A stretch of 34,707 nt of DNA from Candidatus Methylomirabilia bacterium (GTDB lineage: Bacteria > Methylomirabilota > Methylomirabilia > Rokubacteriales > CSP1-6). The DNA lies in contig JBGQEL010000039.1 of NCBI GenBank assembly GCA_041496385.1, forward strand, positions 1 through 34,707, in the 5' to 3' direction. A program made the position numbers and the translations under genes. Shown in pieces: positions 31,001-34,707 of this stretch (its first letter is position 1; every line of letters starts with the position of its first letter). A model generated the notes under the pieces. The model did no database searches and was not told where the DNA came from. It saw nothing but the letters and a program-made list of their open reading frames with translations.

Positions 31001-31779
31001 GCCAGAGCCACGAGCCCTTCGACACGATGGCGGCCGTGTACGCGGTCGGCGCCCTCGACGGCGCGGAGCTCGCCGAATTCGAGGCGCATCTCGCGGGCTG
31101 CGCGCGTTGCGCCGCCGTCCTGCGCGAGCACGGCGAGACGGCGGCGGCGCTCGCGCGCGCGCTGCCGCCGCTCGCGCCGCCCTCGGAGGTGAAGGAGGCG
31201 CTCCTGCGGCGCGCCGCGGCGGCCACGCCGCGCCCGGCGCCGGTGCGCCGTCCGTGGCTCGGCTGGGCGCTTGGGGCGGCGGCCGTCGTCGCGACCGCGT
31301 GGTTCACGGGCGCGTTCGTGGCCGCTCGCTACGAGGCGCGGCTCGGGCAGATGGCGCGCGAGACCGCGGCGCTTCGCGAGAAGCTCGAGCGCGACGTCAG
31401 CGCGCTCAACGACCAGCTCGCCGTCTACCGGAGCGCGGCCGACCTCCTGCGCGATCCGGCCGCGCGGGTGGTGGCGTTGCGGGGCGCCGGGGCGAGCGGC
31501 GAGGCGACGGGCCGCATCATCTGGCACGAGAAGGCCGGCGGCCACCTCTTCGTCGCGAACCTGCCGCCCGCGCCGCCGGGCAAGGCCTACGAGCTGTGGA
31601 CGATCGGCGCCGCGGCGCCGCGGCCGGCGGGCGTGTTCCGTGTGGACGCCGCGGGGCGGGGGAGTCACCCGATCGCCCCCCTCGAGGGCGGCGAGCCCGT
31701 GAAGGTCTTCGCGGTCACGCTCGAGCCCGAGGGCGGCGTGCCGGCGCCCACCGGGCCCACCGTGCTCGCGTCGAAGTAG
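30997..31779 (+). CDS. Anti-sigma factor, RskA-like
   Basis: ATGA overlap; HLAGCARC zinc motif, one TM, C-terminal YELW...FAVTLEPEGG..PTG. Confidence 0.9.
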   Translation: MSQSHEPFDTMAAVYAVGALDGAELAEFEAHLAGCARCAAVLREHGETAAALARALPPLAPPSEVKEALLRRAAAATPRPAPVRRPWLGWALGAAAVVATAWFTGAFVAARYEARLGQMARETAALREKLERDVSALNDQLAVYRSAADLLRDPAARVVALRGAGASGEATGRIIWHEKAGGHLFVANLPPAPPGKAYELWTIGAAAPRPAGVFRVDAAGRGSHPIAPLEGGEPVKVFAVTLEPEGGVPAPTGPTVLASK

Positions 31780-31780
31780 C

Positions 31781-32341
31781 TCAGCCCGCGCGGCGGCGAA
31801 GCGCCCGCAGGACGGCGATGATCGTCATCGCGTCCTTGATCTCGTCCCGCTCGACCATGCGCAGGACCTCGGCGAAGGGGAACGCGCGCACCTCGATGAA
31901 CTCGGTGGGATCGGGCGGGCGCGCGGCGCGGCGGAGCCCCTCGGCGAGATAGAGGTTCGCGGTCTCGTCGACGACGCTCTTCGAGGTGTGGAAGGCGCAG
32001 AGCTTCACGAGCCGGTCCGCGCGATAGCCCGCCTCCTCCGCGAGCTCACGCTGCGCGGCGGCCTCCTCGCTCTCGCCGGGGCGCATCGCACCCGTCGGCA
32101 TTTCCCAGTAGAAGTCGCCGGCGACGTAGCGGTACTGTCCGACGAGCACGACCGTGTCCGGATCGAGGAAGGGAAGCACGCCGACGCAGGGGCCGATGTG
32201 GACGACGCCGTAGGTGGTCGTGCCGCCGTCGGGCAGCGCGACCTCGTCCTCGCGCACGCGGATCCAGCGGTTCTCGTAGACCGGCCGCGTCGCGAGGCGG
32301 CGCCACGCCGTGCGCGCCAGGGCGTCACGCTCTTCGGCCAT
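31781..32341 (-). CDS. NUDIX hydrolase (ADP-ribose pyrophosphatase-like)
   Basis: QYRY, Nudix box GAMRPGESEEAAAQRELAEEAG, IKDAMT. Start is 32341 or 32347. Confidence 0.9.
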   Translation of the reverse strand: MAEERDALARTAWRRLATRPVYENRWIRVREDEVALPDGGTTTYGVVHIGPCVGVLPFLDPDTVVLVGQYRYVAGDFYWEMPTGAMRPGESEEAAAQRELAEEAGYRADRLVKLCAFHTSKSVVDETANLYLAEGLRRAARPPDPTEFIEVRAFPFAEVLRMVERDEIKDAMTIIAVLRALRRRAG

Positions 32342-32349
32342 GACCATGG

Positions 32350-32357
32350 AGTATACT
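32350..32357. promoter_or_regulatory. Palindromic AGTATACT giving TATACT -10 on both strands
   Basis: Lies in the divergent NUDIX/DinB gap, 8 nt from ATG 32341. Confidence 0.55.
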
Positions 32358-32394
32358 GCGGGCGACGCTGATCACCGCACCGGAGGAGTTCCCG

Positions 32395-32940
32395 ATGAGC
32401 CTGCCGAGACCCGTCGAGACACTATGGAACGAGCTCCAAGAGGTCCGCGCCGAGGTGCTCGGCGAAGTGGAAAGTCTGTCGCAGCGTCAGGCGGACTGGA
32501 AGCCGGGTGCGACGGACTGGTCGGTCGGCGAGATCATCGACCACCTCACGATCGCCGAGATCGCGACGGGGAAGCTGACGTCGAAGCTGACGAAGGAGGC
32601 CGAGGCCGCGGGCGCGGCGGCGCCGTGGCCGGCGGATCTCGCCGCGCTCCGGCCGCTCCCGTCCGAGCCGCCGAGCCGGGCCGACGCGCCGCCGATCGTC
32701 TGGCCGACGGCCGGCAAGGCGATCGGTGACCTCGTCGCCACGATGAGGGCCGCGCGTCAGCGGAGTCGGCAGTCCATCGAAAAGCTCGCCGCGTCCGATC
32801 CGCGCACGCTTCGCTTCAAGCACTTCCGCCTGGGCGAGCTGGACCTCTCCCAGTGGTGGCAGCTCCAGGCGCGTCACGACCGCATCCACCTGGGACAGAT
32901 CCGCGACGTGAAGCACGCGCGCGGGTTTCCGAAGGCGTGA
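32395..32940 (+). CDS. DinB family protein
   Basis: WSVGEIIDHL and HDRIHLGQI metal-binding His; GGAGGAG RBS. Confidence 0.88.
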   Translation: MSLPRPVETLWNELQEVRAEVLGEVESLSQRQADWKPGATDWSVGEIIDHLTIAEIATGKLTSKLTKEAEAAGAAAPWPADLAALRPLPSEPPSRADAPPIVWPTAGKAIGDLVATMRAARQRSRQSIEKLAASDPRTLRFKHFRLGELDLSQWWQLQARHDRIHLGQIRDVKHARGFPKA

Positions 32941-32984
32941 GGCGCGTGCGCCGCCGCGGGGCGAGGCGCGAGGCGGGGCCGTGA
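32937..32984 (+). CDS. Putative 15-aa bridging mini-ORF (MRRVRRRGARREAGP)
   Basis: GTG overlaps the DinB TGA; its TGA overlaps the GTG of the next gene. Confidence 0.3.
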   Translation: MRRVRRRGARREAGP

Positions 32985-33181
32985 AGGTCATTCTCCGGAA
33001 CCCGCGGCGCGAGGTGGAGCTGGCGGGCGGGCGCCGTGTGCGGGACGTGCTGCGGGAGCTCGACATCATTCCCGAGACCGTGCTGGTCATCCGCGGCGAT
33101 GACCTCGTCACGGCCGATCAGCTCGTCCGCGAGGACGACGTGATCGAGCTGCGTCCGGTCATGAGTGGTGGCAGCGCATGA
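32981..33181 (+). CDS. ttuB: Ubiquitin-like sulfur carrier (ThiS/MoaD/TtuB)
   Basis: 66 aa, ending DVIELRPVMSGG-SA; coupled to ttuA. Confidence 0.8.
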   Translation: MKVILRNPRREVELAGGRRVRDVLRELDIIPETVLVIRGDDLVTADQLVREDDVIELRPVMSGGSA

Positions 33182-34080
33182 AGTGCCGGAAGTGCGGCGC
33201 GCCGGCGATCCTCGAGCTGCGCCGCCACAACGCGGCGTTCTGCGCGCCCGATTTCGTACAGTTCTTCAAGAACCAGGTCCGGGAGGCCATCCGGAAGCAC
33301 CGGATGTTCGAGAAGGACGAGCACGTGCTGGTCGCCGTATCGGGCGGGAAGGATTCGCTCGCGCTCTGGGATGTGCTCATCGACGAGGGCTACCGGACGA
33401 CCGGCCTCTACCTCGACCTCGGCATCTTCGACTACTCGGTGGAGTCACGGACCAAGTGCGAAGCGTTCGCCGCCACGCGCGGCGTGCCGCTGACCGTCAA
33501 GAGCGTCGCCGAGGAAGTGGGTGCCCCCGTTCCGGTCATCAAGAACGTCACGCGCCGGCCACCCTGCTCGGGCTGCGGGCTCTCCAAGCGCTACCTCATG
33601 AACCGCGCGGCGCTCGAGCACGGGATGCCCGTCGTCGCCACCGGGCACAACCTCGACGACGAGGCGGCGACCCTCCTCGGCTCGGTCCTCCACTGGCAGA
33701 CGGAGGCCCTCTCGCGCCAGTCGCCCGCGCTGCCGTCGACGCACGCGAAGCTCGTCCGTCGCGTCAAGCCCCTCTACCGCCTCTCGGAGCGCGAGACCGC
33801 GGCGTACGCGTTCGTCAGGCGAATCGACTACATCGTGGAGGAGTGCCCGTTCGCCAAGGGCGCGACCTCCATCGCCCACAAGGAGATCCTGAGCCGGATG
33901 GAGGACGCCTCACCGGGGGCCAAGCACAATTTCCTATTCGGGTTCCTGGAGAAGGCCCGTCCGGTGTTCGCGCGGGCCGAGGCCGTGACGCTGAACGAGT
34001 GCACGCGCTGCGGGCAGGTGACGACGGGCACCGTCTGCGCCTTCTGCAAGCTCGCCGATCAGGTCAAGCGGACGTTGTAG
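33178..34080 (+). CDS. ttuA: tRNA 2-thiolation enzyme, TtuA/Ncs6 family
   Basis: N-terminal CRKC..H..C, PP-loop SGGKDS, CSGC, GHNLDD, ECP, C-terminal CTRC..CAFC. Confidence 0.88.
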   Translation: MKCRKCGAPAILELRRHNAAFCAPDFVQFFKNQVREAIRKHRMFEKDEHVLVAVSGGKDSLALWDVLIDEGYRTTGLYLDLGIFDYSVESRTKCEAFAATRGVPLTVKSVAEEVGAPVPVIKNVTRRPPCSGCGLSKRYLMNRAALEHGMPVVATGHNLDDEAATLLGSVLHWQTEALSRQSPALPSTHAKLVRRVKPLYRLSERETAAYAFVRRIDYIVEECPFAKGATSIAHKEILSRMEDASPGAKHNFLFGFLEKARPVFARAEAVTLNECTRCGQVTTGTVCAFCKLADQVKRTL

Positions 34081-34093
34081 CGGGGTTCCGGGC

Positions 34094-34546
34094 ATGACCC
34101 TCGCGGAGCGCATCCGCGCCGCGCTGACGCTCACGCGCTTCCAGGCGATCGTCGGCATCACGGCCGGCTTCCTCTCGATCGGCGCGACGGTCTGGGGCAT
34201 CCTGTTCGCGACGCGGGCGCCCGCTCACAGCGGCGAGCTCGTGGCCATCGTCGAGGACGCGCGGACGGCGAAGCCGGTGATCGACGCCACGGTGGAGCTT
34301 CTCACCGCTCGGGATGCGCTCATCACCTCGCTCCTGGCCCGCAACGGCCAGACACGCCAGACGCTCAAGGAGGGCGCCTACCGGCTCCGTGTGAGCCACC
34401 CGAGATTTTCGACCGAGGTGCGCCAGATCCAGGTCCTCGCGGGCCACAGTCAGGAAATCCGCGTGAGACTCGCCCCGCGCGCTGCGGACATCAAGGTTTC
34501 ACCACTCGACAAAGCGACGGAAGCGGTCAAAAAGATTTTCCGGTAA
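34094..34546 (+). CDS. Single-TM protein with carboxypeptidase-regulatory-like beta domain
   Basis: N-terminal TM; VEDARTAKPVIDATV...GAYRLRVSHPRF pattern. Confidence 0.7.
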   Translation: MTLAERIRAALTLTRFQAIVGITAGFLSIGATVWGILFATRAPAHSGELVAIVEDARTAKPVIDATVELLTARDALITSLLARNGQTRQTLKEGAYRLRVSHPRFSTEVRQIQVLAGHSQEIRVRLAPRAADIKVSPLDKATEAVKKIFR

Positions 34547-34561
34547 CGTTGTCAATATTCC

Positions 34562-34590
34562 TTGATTTCTTGCGGAGTTGTGACTAGACT
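34562..34590 (+). promoter_or_regulatory. sigma70-type promoter TTGATT-N17-TAGACT for a gene at or beyond the window edge
   Basis: In an AT-rich patch; the frame from GTG 34602 stays open to the end of the window. Confidence 0.4.
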
Positions 34591-34707
34591 CCGTCTGCCG
34601 CGTGGTAGCTCCGGATCGGTCGACACCGAAGCAGATCCTGGGCGCGGCCGGCCGCGCCTCAGCCGCCACACGGTCTTCCGGAGCCCCGCAATTTCTGCGT
34701 CGTTGGA

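Overview
High-GC, gene-dense bacterial window. The style suggests a soil lineage such as Ca. Rokubacteria, but this is unverified. From left to right it holds: a partial MFS gene, a PduO-type adenosyltransferase and a Liv-type ABC importer. Next is a minus-strand signalling block with a hydrolase, a broken sigma54 activator, an intact-looking sigma54 promoter, a 2-TM protein and a 4xGAF hybrid kinase. Then comes an aromatic-CoA catabolic operon that joins a 4-hydroxybenzoyl-CoA-reductase-like molybdoenzyme (hcrCAB-like, apparent catalytic Glu->Gln) and an XRE-cupin regulator to the O2-dependent boxC-boxB genes, with no boxA or boxR. It continues with a cyclase remnant, a Rid protein and two aryl-CoA ligases. 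The right part has an adenylate cyclase, a CP-ATP-grasp/alpha-E/transglutaminase operon, a cupin, a lipoprotein truncated globin divergent from a SigK/RskA-like pair, NUDIX, DinB and TtuB-TtuA. Patterns outside the gene calls include short ORFs bridging intergenic gaps with RTGA overlaps at both ends (one built from a 54-bp tandem repeat, one a 104-bp insert flanked by a 6-bp duplication), leaderless-type and bidirectional -10 elements, and a palindromic two-way ECF promoter. All family assignments come from motif recognition from memory; no searches were run.
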